Below the pieces are notes generated by a model. The model searched no databases, was not told the origin of the DNA, and was given only the letters and a program-made list of their open reading frames with translations. A stretch of 64,000 bases of DNA from Lama glama (taxonomy: Eukaryota), in the NCBI GenBank assembly GCA_028534125.1, contig CM052846.1, forward strand, positions 1 through 64,000, written 5' to 3'. The position numbers were made by a program, and so were the translations under genes. Numbering within the stretch: position 1 is the first letter of the stretch; every line of letters starts with the position of its first letter. Of this stretch, positions 40,080-49,914 are shown in pieces.

Positions 40080-40910
40080 ACAATCACCCTTTGAGAAAGC
40101 CTGCCAAGCCGGGCGCCAGGAGCCGCCGGGATGCAGGCGGGGTGGGGGTGGGGGGCTTTAACTCCAGAGAGCAAGGCCCAGAGATGTCGCTCCGCCCGCA
40201 GCCCCGGCTCCAGCGTGCAGCGCCGGGGCCGCCTCCGCCGGGGAGGGCGCGGGGGTGATACCAATCCGGGGGTCCCTTCCCTCCGCGCCCCCGCCTCAGC
40301 GGACGAGGTTGGTACCGACCATCAGCCGCGCGGGTCCCGCCGGCAGCTGGCGCTCGCACGGGGCGGGGGCGGGGGCGGGGCGGGCGGGGAGCGGGGGCGG
40401 GGCCGGCTGCGCTGTCACAGCCGCGGCGGCCGGGGCGCATCCGCCGCTGCCGAGGGGACTCCGCGCCGGCCCGGTCGGCTGGGCTCCGGCCGCGCGCCCC
40501 GGCCCCCGCGCCCCCGCTCTGCGCTCCCGGGGCCCGCCCGCCCCACTCCCCTCTGCGCCTCCGGCCTCCCTGCCCGGCTCCCCTCCCCACGCCCCTTCTG
40601 AGCTAAGCGCAGAAAGGCCGGGCCGGGCCGGGGCGGCGGGCGGACGGCGCGGACCTAGCGGCTATGAAGGGGCCCCCGGGGGCCCGCAGCCCGAGAGCCC
40701 CCCGGGACGGAGGCGCGCGCGGCCGGGGCCAGCAGCCTGGGGTCGCCGGGGCTGGAGCGTAGGGGCTGCCGCCCGCGATGGACCTCACCGGGATCGATCT
40801 GGACTCGCCGCCGCAGGTCAGTGCCCCCCGCCGCCGCTCACAGAGCCCCTTTATGCGTCCGCATCAGTACCCGCGCCATGTCCTCCTGGGCGCGTGTGCG
40901 CGCGCGCGTG
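40080..40910 (+). promoter_or_regulatory. B3GAT1: CpG island / TATA-less promoter of B3GAT1
   Basis: Very high GC and CpG density; clustered GGGGCGGGG GC boxes at 40360-40402; ends at a splice donor, upstream of the B3GAT1 coding exons. Confidence 0.85.
40410..40816 (+). other. B3GAT1: Putative first exon (5' UTR) of B3GAT1; start approximate
   Basis: Lies in the CpG island and ends at a good donor CCGCAG|GTCAGT (GT at 40817). The TSS is inferred only. Confidence 0.7.
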
Positions 40911-40962
40911 TGTGTGTGTGTGTGTGTGTGCTTATGTGCGTGTGTGTGTTTGTGTGTGTGGC
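40890..40962. repeat. (CG)n(TG)n microsatellite in B3GAT1 intron 1
   Basis: gcgcgtgtgcgcgcgcgcgtgtgtgtgtg..., then a degenerate TG run. Confidence 0.9.
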
Positions 40963-43774
40963 TGTGCGAGCAGCGGGGCAGCTGGAGAGCCGCCGGGAAC
41001 CGGACTGGGGCCGAGGGGCCTCGAAACAAAACCTGGGCGATGCCCGCCCTCCTCGGGCGACGTGGAGTGGGGAGCTGGTTCTCAGCAGCTCCCACCAGCT
41101 AGCCGGCTCTCAGCTTGCTGGTCCCTCCCCACCTCAGCAGGTGGTTGCCGAGGGCCCGGGTCTGGGGGCCAGCACCCGCTACACGGGCTCCCCAGCGTTA
41201 TCCTCAACCGCTCTGAGGCTGCAGCCACCGGTGAGTTAAGTCTCTGCAGCTCTGCCGGGGATGCTGAGGGGCTAAGAGGTGGCCAGGTGGCCCAGGGTCC
41301 TTGGGACGTTAAGTGTAGAGGGAGGAGAGAAGCACGACCCCGTTTACCCTCTACCCGCTGCACTTGGGCTCCAGCATGGGGTCCTGATCACTCCCAAGTC
41401 AGAGCCCGTAACTTCTGAGAAGGAGCTGAGACGTGAGGCAGGAAAGAAGGAAGAAGGAGGCCAGGGCATCCAGCGGTGACAAGGAAGGAGGTGACAGCTT
41501 GGGACCAAGAGCTGAGGTCAAGAGACACACATACACAAGCCCTTGTCCAGTCTCCCCGTCCCCTTCTCTGGCCAGGCCTAGTCTCAGCTGGCACTGTCTG
41601 CATGGATTCTTGCAGAAGCTGGGGCTGAGGGACTCTGGGGATTTCTGATGCACTGGACTCTGAAGCCGGCCTTGCTGACCATTGTCAGCGCCATGCCTGG
41701 AGGGGGACGGGGGCAAGCGCAGCTACACCTGCGTGGGAACCAGTCTGGGTGGGGTGCCTGTTTGGACTTGAGTGTGGTTTTTGTGGCGTGTACTGCTTCA
41801 CAGGACTGAGTAGGGATGTCTTAGTGCATAGCCTGTGACACTATTGTGTGCATTTGTGTGGAAATGGGGACACAGCTTCATAAGGTACTGGGGTTGTGCA
41901 GCGTGTGGCTTCACAGGAACATGGCTTGAGGTTTTCTGAAATTTTTGTTCTGTGCCTTGTGTCTCCCTGCCTCTGTCAGTGGCCACCACAGAGATGGACA
42001 TATTTCCTCCCAAACCTGCACAGCTGGGGGCCGTTACTGGCTTTACTGGACCAAACTGAAGTCCCCTTCCCTCCGTGTGGAATGAAGACCCTTCCCCCGT
42101 GAGACCCTCAGAGAGATTGTGCACTGTGCTCAGTCCATCCCCAGCACCCCCTAAGGTTCTGGAGCTGCATGCCATTCCCCTCTGCCCCTTTGGGTGGGAG
42201 CAGAAAGGCTTGCCGGGAGTACAGAACGGAGAGGGCTGATGGATTTGGGCCCCATTCAGCAGTGGTGCCGAGTGGCTTGCCATGCCCATTCTGTCCCAGG
42301 CCCTTGGACACTTGGGCATCCCTGTGTGTTCAGGCACATTAGAGGCCCACAGGCGCTGGGCTGAATATGTGCATGTAGGTCTCTGGATGAACAGACACTG
42401 GCTAGTCCCCAGAGTGTGGGGCAGGTGAATCACTGAGGGGCACAGGCAGAGACCAGGAGCTGCAGAGGAAGATGCTGGCAGGGCCAGCCCAGTCCCCTCC
42501 CTCAGGCCTCTGGACCCACCTGGATTTTCCCACCGCAGTTCTGAGGGGCGGGGGCGAGGGGTGAGGGGACCGAGTCACTGTACACCCCCTGGTCGTGAGC
42601 ACCGAGGGGGAGACAGGGCAGGAGCCCTGCAAGTGTGAGAGTTGTCGCAGGGTGAGCTGACCTGGAGCCAAGCCCTAGGATCTGGGCGTGTTGGTTCAGC
42701 TTGGCTGCAGGAGGAGCTGGCACAGAGGTGCCTGAGAGCTCCCCTCGGCTGAGAACTGGAGGGGAAGGGAAGCAGGGCTCGGGAAAAGAGAATCTGAGAG
42801 TCTGAGGCAGGCAGAGCAGCTGCGAGAGACAACAGACAAAGGGGCAGAAAGGACAGAAGCAGGCTCACAGAGCAGCCAGCAGGGAGCCCAGTGGGGCGGG
42901 GAGTGGGGGCAGCAGCCGGCTTCCTTCCCAAGTTTCCCAACCCTGGGTGAAGCAGGGGCACAGTCTCCTGAGGAAGGTTCTTCCCAAGGCTCGCATGAAT
43001 GTGAGGTTCGGAGGGAGGCCCGAAGGCAGAAGGGGGACCGCCTGTGAGACCGGGACCCTCAGGGAGATGTGGCCCGGAACCAGCCCCTGTGCTGAGGGCT
43101 CCCCTACCTCCTGGGGCCTGCCCCCCCCCCAGCCCTGGGTACAGTGGGCTGGAGGCACCCAACACCTGGAGAGAAGGAGAGGAAAACCTCCTGCTGCAGC
43201 CTCAGGGTTCCGGCCGGAAGGCCTCTGGGGGCCCCGCTGAGCACGGGGTAGGGCACGGGCTCAGCCAGGCGGGGCCGCCTCAGGCCCTCCGTGACCAGCT
43301 GGTGGACTGTGGGGGAAGCTGAGCCCCCTAAGCCCTGGCTCCCTGAAGGCCTGTGAATCCAGGAGCCCTCTGTACCAGGCTGTTTGTGGTAGAGTTCGTG
43401 GTGGATGTCACCGTAGCGTCTGGACTTTGCTCACTTCCGCATGTCTTCTGAGTGGCTCTGGAATTTGGAGTAGCCATTCTCTGGCCAACCCGGAGCCGGT
43501 CACACTGGGGTTGCCATCTCTCCTATCTCCCACGCCTCCAGACTCTGGGCCTTCTCTGCCCAGCAGTGCCTGTTTCCCGGTGCCCCCTTGCCCATCCATG
43601 GCAGCAATATCATTTCCATGTCTGATCAGTAGCAATGTGGTCCTTCCACTTACCAGCCAATGGTTGTCCAAAAAAATCCATGCAACTGATGAGAGCTCCA
43701 ACCCGGTGGCCTCTCGGTGTTTGTGCTGAAGGATGGCGAGGTGGATGGAGATGGTTCCAAACCCCCACTTCGTG

Positions 43775-43845
43775 CTCATTCACTGAGCACCTACTGTGTT
43801 CCAGGCTCTGGGCCATTCCGGGAACTGAAACGTTAGAGTCAGATC
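43775..43845 (-). mobile_element. L2 LINE 3' fragment
   Basis: ctcattcactgagcacctactgtgttccaggctctgggc. Confidence 0.7.
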
Positions 43846-44054
43846 AGGTTTTTTATTTAACTTTGGAAGAAAGGACTGTGTGGGTTGCTTTTTTTTTTTT
43901 CCTTTTTTGCAGCTATAGCAAATTTACTTTTCTGATGAGGTTTAGCTCCAGCCAATATTAAAATGAGTCTGCACTCCCTGAGCACACCGGCAACAACAGG
44001 GCAGCGGCCTCCCAGCCAAGTGCTTGGCAGGGCTTAGGGCTTTGCCAGCAATAA

Positions 44055-44554
44055 NNNNNNNNNNNNNNNNNNNNNNNNNNNNNNNNNNNNNNNNNNNNNN
44101 NNNNNNNNNNNNNNNNNNNNNNNNNNNNNNNNNNNNNNNNNNNNNNNNNNNNNNNNNNNNNNNNNNNNNNNNNNNNNNNNNNNNNNNNNNNNNNNNNNNN
44201 NNNNNNNNNNNNNNNNNNNNNNNNNNNNNNNNNNNNNNNNNNNNNNNNNNNNNNNNNNNNNNNNNNNNNNNNNNNNNNNNNNNNNNNNNNNNNNNNNNNN
44301 NNNNNNNNNNNNNNNNNNNNNNNNNNNNNNNNNNNNNNNNNNNNNNNNNNNNNNNNNNNNNNNNNNNNNNNNNNNNNNNNNNNNNNNNNNNNNNNNNNNN
44401 NNNNNNNNNNNNNNNNNNNNNNNNNNNNNNNNNNNNNNNNNNNNNNNNNNNNNNNNNNNNNNNNNNNNNNNNNNNNNNNNNNNNNNNNNNNNNNNNNNNN
44501 NNNNNNNNNNNNNNNNNNNNNNNNNNNNNNNNNNNNNNNNNNNNNNNNNNNNNN
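44055..44554. other. Assembly gap (exactly 500 N)
   Basis: Run of N; round length suggests a scaffolding placeholder. Confidence 0.99.
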
Positions 44555-44586
44555 GTCGGGCGGGGCTCTGCAGAACTGCTTCGGCA

Positions 44587-44590
44587 ATGG
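44587..44590 (+). CDS. B3GAT1: Alternative start (ATG G) of the long 347-aa B3GAT1 isoform, spliced to 44718
   Basis: gcaATGG|gtgggt donor at 44591 joined to the acceptor at 44717/44718 gives MGNEEPWAQPALE-MPKRR, resembling the rodent long GlcAT-P N-terminus as recalled; 4+147+509+297+87=1044 nt = 347 aa + stop. Confidence 0.7.
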
Positions 44591-44752
44591 GTGGGTTGTG
44601 AGCACCGGTAAGGCCTGCTGGCCAGCATTCGGCCTCCCGCTCCCCCACGCCCGGCCTGCCTGGCCCATTCCTGTTCTTTTCTCCCCTGTGCTTGGACCAT
44701 CCGCCACCATCGTGCAGGTAACGAGGAGCCGTGGGCCCAGCCAGCCTTGGAG

Positions 44753-44864
44753 ATGCCGAAGAGACGGGATGTCCTCGCCATCGTCCTCATCGTGCTGCCC
44801 TGGACGCTGCTGGTCACCGTGTGGCACCAGAGCACCATCGCGCCCCTGCTGGCCGCACACAAGG
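44753..44864 (+). CDS. B3GAT1: B3GAT1 coding exon 1 (cytoplasmic tail, type II TM anchor); exon starts at 44718 in spliced forms
   Basis: MPKRRDVLAIVLIVLPWTLLVTVWHQSTIAPLLAAHK+G, 112 nt, donor GTGAGC at 44865; upstream AG-free pyrimidine tract ending CAG at 44717. Confidence 0.97.
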
Positions 44865-46539
44865 GTGAGCCGCTGTCCCGCTGCTCATGAGCTTTGGTGA
44901 TGGGGGTGACCAAAGCCAAGGCTGCTGGCAGCTGGGGAGCCATAGGGTGAGCCAGGACAACGACCCTCCTCTGGGGGGGTCTCGGCTGCTTCAGGGACCT
45001 GACAAAAGCTGCCACACATGCGGAGACTCAGGGGCCGGACGCTGTCCCCGCTCCCCGGGCGCACTCAGTGGCTGGTGGGGCTGGTGGGGCTGGTGCGCGG
45101 GCGGATTCCCAGCCTGTGCTGTGCCATAGCCTTCCAGGGAGAGTGTGCTGTTTACTCCCTTTCCTCCTGGTCAGGAAGCCCTGATCCAGCCCTACCAAGT
45201 GCAGACCGTCCCTGGAGCAGGGGTGGGAGAGCTGGCCTCTCCTGCTCCAAGGCCAGACCTCTCCCCGCTCACGGGGGCTTCCTTCACCCCAAGGCCGGGC
45301 AAGTGCCCCCACCTGGCCTGCCCCCATCCCGCGGTCTCTGGTCCCACACCCTCCTCCCCCGCGTCCACACGCAGACACCACCCTCCAGGGCAGCCCTTCT
45401 CCCACTGAAATGTGCGTGAGAACCTGGGGGCCTGATGAGACATGGGGGTGCCCGGCCCACCCCAGAGACAGGGCAGGGTCCGGGTGGGCCTGGAAATGAG
45501 TGATCTGGGGGCAGGCAGGGGCCAGGAAGCAGTCTGGATCCCTGACATGGAATCACACGTCGGGTCTTGCTCAGCTGGGGGTCCTAAGGTTCTAAGGAGC
45601 GACCAAGGTGAAGGTCGCTGCGCGCCTGGAGCCCCTGGCCTTTCTCCTTGACTCCAACATCTCTCTTTGGTGCTTGTCATCCTGCAGCCTGTCATTCCAG
45701 AGGGGCCATAACTACCACGTGTCAGGAGGCAGCACCACGTGGATTCCATTCTCGGCAGAGCTCTGGGGTCAGAGAAGTCAGGCTGTTGTGCTCAGCACTG
45801 CTGTCCCTGCCTGAGGACAGGGAACTGGCCGCTGTCTCCCCAGAGCAGCCAAGGCAGACCGAACGAAGGCGGCACTGAAAGACGTTAGGGAGGCCCATAG
45901 GGCTCAAAGGTGGCAGAAGTCCTGCCCAGCTGCATTGTGAGGCCCAGGCAGCCTCCCAGGGCACAGACCCGCCGGGGGATGATTGCAGTGGTGGAAAAAG
46001 GAAGGCAGGGAAAGCTCAGTCTCGTTCCCCAGCCTCGGTACCTAAACTTCCCTCAGGGTGGGATGAATTTGACCGTCTTTATATCCTGGTCAGAGTCTCC
46101 TCTCCTCAAGATTGTTCTCTTAGCAGCTTGACCCAGAACTGCTTTGGGAAGTCCCCTCTGCTCCCCATGTCTGTGCTCGCTTTCCTGCTGCATCTGCACC
46201 CGCGGGCCTCACATCCCTGGCCGGGGCGGGGTTCCGGCTGCCGCTGTGTGTCCCGTCGTGCCTTCAGCCTGTCTGAGCTCCCTGAGAGCCCGAAGCCTGT
46301 GTCCCCTCCGGAGCCCAGCGTCAGACCCCACCTGCTAATGACAGGACTGGGGCAGAGAGGTGGCAGCGGCTGGTTCACAGCATCCTTCCAGAACCACACT
46401 TCCCTCCTTGCGTGTAACCGCTCACACTATCCTTTCTGTAGCTGCAAGAAGCCACGGGGAATAGAGCTGTTTACCACCCTCCTCCTATACAAGAGGAGCT
46501 GAGAGTGACCTGCTGGGCAGTGTTCCAGCCCTTTAACCC

Positions 46540-46680
46540 CGTAGTAACTCGATAAGGTAGACGCTGTTATCAGCTCCCTTTTGCATTTGGTAAAACTGAG
46601 GCACCAGAAGCTCCCTGCTCAAGGCCACGTGGTTGGTACGTGACAGGGCTGGTCAGGGTCTGAGCCCAGGTGTTGGGATC
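46540..46680 (+). mobile_element. MIR SINE
   Basis: aaggtagacgctgttatcagctcccttttgcatttggtaaaactgaggcaccaga...caaggccacg. Confidence 0.75.
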
Positions 46681-47761
46681 CTAGGTCTGGCCTCTGCTCG
46701 TTGCCACCTCCTGCTGAGATGCTGTGAGGGCAGTGAGGACCCAGCCATCCAAACAGGAAGGGAGGGCTCTTAGGAGTGAGAGTGCCAGTGTGCTGATTCC
46801 TCTTGGTGGTGGGACTGACGCTTCGCCCACGGGGAAGATGTCCAGGATGTAAGAAAGGCTTGGCGATTAGAGCTGTCTGGGCCGGAAGGAGGGGCTCCCC
46901 ATGCCTCCGAGTGTTTCACCTGAGGCCAGGCCTCCACCAGGTTTCATCCCAGTCCCTGCTGGGGTCTTTGGGACACGTGGTGTGCACCGCTGGCTGCAGG
47001 GCAGGTAGGGTTCCAGACGGTCGAAAGAGCGGACCCAGAAAGTGCAGGTTAGGAGACCTACACCAAACCACAGAAGAACCAAGACAGGCCTCCGCTCTGT
47101 CCTTTTGCCCAAATGTGGGGATACCTAGAATCGGAAAGGACAGGATCAGGACAAAATTTTCTTGACAACTACGGGTGACACCCTGGATCAACAGGCAGCA
47201 CTTAAATATCAAATTCCACACCAAGATTCAGAGGCTGGATTATGAAACCCCAACGCGAGGGTTTGTGAAAACCCGGGCAGGGCAACGTTAGACCCCAGGG
47301 CACAGTGGGCTTTGTCCGAGAAAGTTCTGACACCGCCCTCAGGCGCAGCAGCAGAGGGAGGCAGTGCCCAGGCTCTGCAGTCCCACACTGGCTCTGGCCA
47401 GATGAGGAGGGCATAGGGTGGCAAGGGCAGAACACTCTGTCACGTTAAACCCAATACATTTGTGAACCGAGGATGCAGGCTTGGGATTTGGCCAGCTGCC
47501 CTCAATAGCTACCGAGCTGTCAAATGTGGGAAGGAGGAAGAGGTCATTTCTGTGTCTCTAGCAGTCAGAATTAGGAGAAACCCGGGAAGGGATGTCAGGC
47601 AGGCAGCCTTGACCTTCAGCTGCAGCCTCCCTGCCCCCTCCCAACTCCGAACCCTGGGGCAGGTGGAAGAGCAGAGGAGAGGTGTGGCAGGGCAGGGCTG
47701 GGGCCTCTGCGGTACCTGCAGCCTGAGCCAGCCCACACCTCTCTCTTCCGCCCACCTGCAG

Positions 47762-48270
47762 ATGACGGCAGTGACTCCCGGCGTGAGGCTCCCCCCGGCA
47801 CAGACCCCAGGGAGTACTGCATGTCCGACCGCGACATTGTGGAGGTGGTGCGCACGGAGTACGTGTACACGCGGCCCCCGCCCTGGTCCGACACGCTGCC
47901 CACCATCCACGTGGTGACGCCCACCTACAGCCGCCCAGTGCAGAAGGCGGAGCTGACGCGCATGGCCAACACGCTGCTGCACGTGCCCAACCTGCACTGG
48001 CTGGTGGTGGAGGACGCGCCCCGCCGCACACCGCTGACTGCGCGCCTGCTGCGCGACACCGGCCTCAACTACACGCATCTGCACGTGGAGACGCCGCGTA
48101 ACTACAAGCTGCGCGGAGACGCACGCGACCCGCGCATCCCGCGGGGCACCATGCAGCGCAACTTGGCCCTGCGCTGGCTGCGCGAGACCTTCCCACGCAA
48201 CTCCAGCCAGCCCGGCGTCGTGTACTTCGCAGACGACGACAACACCTACAGCCTGGAGCTCTTCGAGGAG
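47762..48270 (+). CDS. B3GAT1: B3GAT1 coding exon 2 (stem and N-terminal GT43 domain with DxD motif)
   Basis: Acceptor CTGCAG|AT, 509 nt, DDGSDSRREAPP...TLPTIHVVTPTYSRPVQKAELTR...VVYFADDDNTYSLELFEE; donor GTGCGG at 48271; sequons NYT and NSS. Confidence 0.98.
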
Positions 48271-48793
48271 GTGCGGGCCGCGGGGGAGGTGCTGGCCGCG
48301 GACACACGAGGGAAACCTGGGAAACCCTGGAAGGGGCAGCCTGCAGGACCCCAGGAGCCTGGGAGAACTGGCTGAAGGGAAGGGGGTTGGCGTTGGGGCT
48401 CCCAGACCATAGCCCTGGCCTCGGGGCATTGTCTGAGGGCTTCCGGTTGCAGGGGCGCGGGTTCTGTGTCGACCCTCGGAGGGTCTTGTGGTTTGGGAGT
48501 CAGGGCAGTGGGGAGGGGAAGGAGTCATTTCAGACTCTAACCTGGGAAGACAAGTGTTGCAGAAGGGGGCAAAGCGGGCAGCAGGTCGCGCGAGAAGGGG
48601 AGTGTGACCTGGGTGGAGAGGCGGGCTTGTGCCCCTGGCCCAGCCGGGCACACAGCTCACTGATGACTCATCTTCCGCGGGAGGGGCTCCGCGCGGGTCG
48701 GCAGCGCAGGCGCCCTGACGCTCTTCCCGCTCAGATGCGCAGGCACCCTGACTCCTGCGCCTGCCCGGGTGTCCTGACTCTCTTCCCCTGCAG

Positions 48794-49090
48794 ATGCGCA
48801 GCACCAGGAGGGTGTCCGTGTGGCCCGTCGCCTTCGTCGGCGGCCTTCGGTACGAGGCCCCGCGCGTCAACGGGGCAGGGAAGGTGGTCGGCTGGAAGAC
48901 GGTGTTCGACCCCCACCGGCCATTTGCAATCGACATGGCAGGATTTGCAGTCAACCTGAGGCTCATCCTGCAGCGGAGCCAGGCCTACTTCAAGCTGCGT
49001 GGCGTGAAGGGAGGCTACCAGGAAAGCAGCCTCCTCCGAGAACTCGTCACGCTCAACGACCTGGAGCCTAAGGCCGCCAACTGCACCAAG
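48794..49090 (+). CDS. B3GAT1: B3GAT1 coding exon 3 (catalytic C-terminal subdomain)
   Basis: 297 nt, MRSTRRVSVWPVAFVGGLRYEAP...RPFAIDMAGFAVN...GGYQESSLL...AANCTK; acceptor CTGCAG, donor GTCAGA at 49091. Confidence 0.98.
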
Positions 49091-49334
49091 GTCAGACCCT
49101 CGGCAGAGCTGACAGTAGTCGTGCAGCCCTTCCCGGCCCAGGCGACCCTCCCTGCCAAGGAGGGAGAAGGGAACAGGGCCTGGGAGACCCGGCCCCCCAG
49201 GAGGGCAGGTTACTGCCCATCAGGCAGCCACACTGAGGGCAGGAGGAAGCAGGGAGGGGCGACCAGTGGGGCAGAGCCCAGAACTGCATCTGTCTCTCTC
49301 ACAAGAAGCAGCTGGGCTCCATGACCTCCCACCA

Positions 49335-49457
49335 GACACACCTTCACGTGGTCACACACGTGCACGCACGTGCACAGCAACATACGTGGACACACATGTG
49401 CACACTCCCACACACCTGCGTGCATACACAAGAACACACACACACACACACACACAG
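49335..49457. repeat. (CA)n-rich tract in a B3GAT1 intron
   Basis: Degenerate CA/CACGTG repeats ending in a pure CA run. Confidence 0.85.
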
Positions 49458-49827
49458 CGCTTCTAGCTAGGGCCTGGGCTGTCATGTCACTTGGCTGAGC
49501 TGAAGGCCCAGAAGAATCCTCTCCCTCTGGAGAGACCCATCAAGAAACAGAGGAGAGGATGAGAAGCAAAAGGAAATCTTGGGGCCTGTTTGTCTGTTTC
49601 TGTAGCTGTAGACGTTCTGTTTCCCACAGATATTTTGAATGCATCCTATGTACAAACAGCGAGAATGAGGGGTGGGTAGAAATAAAGAACAAAGGAGGAA
49701 ACCCTGAGGGAACAAGGGCAGGACGGAGGGGGCAGGGAATGCTTGCAGTGGTGGGAGGGAGGGAGCAGGCGGTGGCAGGGCGAGGTCAGGGCCCGCCCCA
49801 TATCCTCTTGTGTCTCTGGGCACACAG

Positions 49828-49914
49828 ATCCTGGTATGGCACACTCGGACAGAGAAGCCGGTGCTGGTGAACGAGGGGAAAAAAGGCTTCACTGACCCCA
49901 CGGTGGAGATCTGA
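49828..49914 (+). CDS. B3GAT1: B3GAT1 last coding exon (exon continues to 49928)
   Basis: CACAG|ATC, ILVWHTRTEKPVLVNEGKKGFTDPTVEI*, with the GT43 WHTRT motif. CDS total 112+509+297+87=1005 nt = 334 aa. Donor CAG|GTAGGG at 49929. Confidence 0.97.
   Translation: MLVWHTRTEKPVLVNEGKKGFTDPTVEI

Noticed and set aside
39478-41418. Several 150-390 aa ORFs on both strands over the promoter
   Set aside because: CpG-island artefacts of Arg/Gly/Pro/Ala codons and dinucleotide repeats.
43942-45015. ORFs spanning the first N run (likewise 61568-62344)
   Set aside because: Length comes from untranslatable N.
47821-48375. ORF-track starts at MSDRD (47821) and MRST (48794) as separate genes
   Set aside because: Internal Met codons of B3GAT1 exons; tails are intron read-through.
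47509-48966. 485-aa antisense ORF over B3GAT1 exons
   Set aside because: Shadow of GC3-rich sense codons plus GC-rich introns; no domain or antisense promoter evidence.
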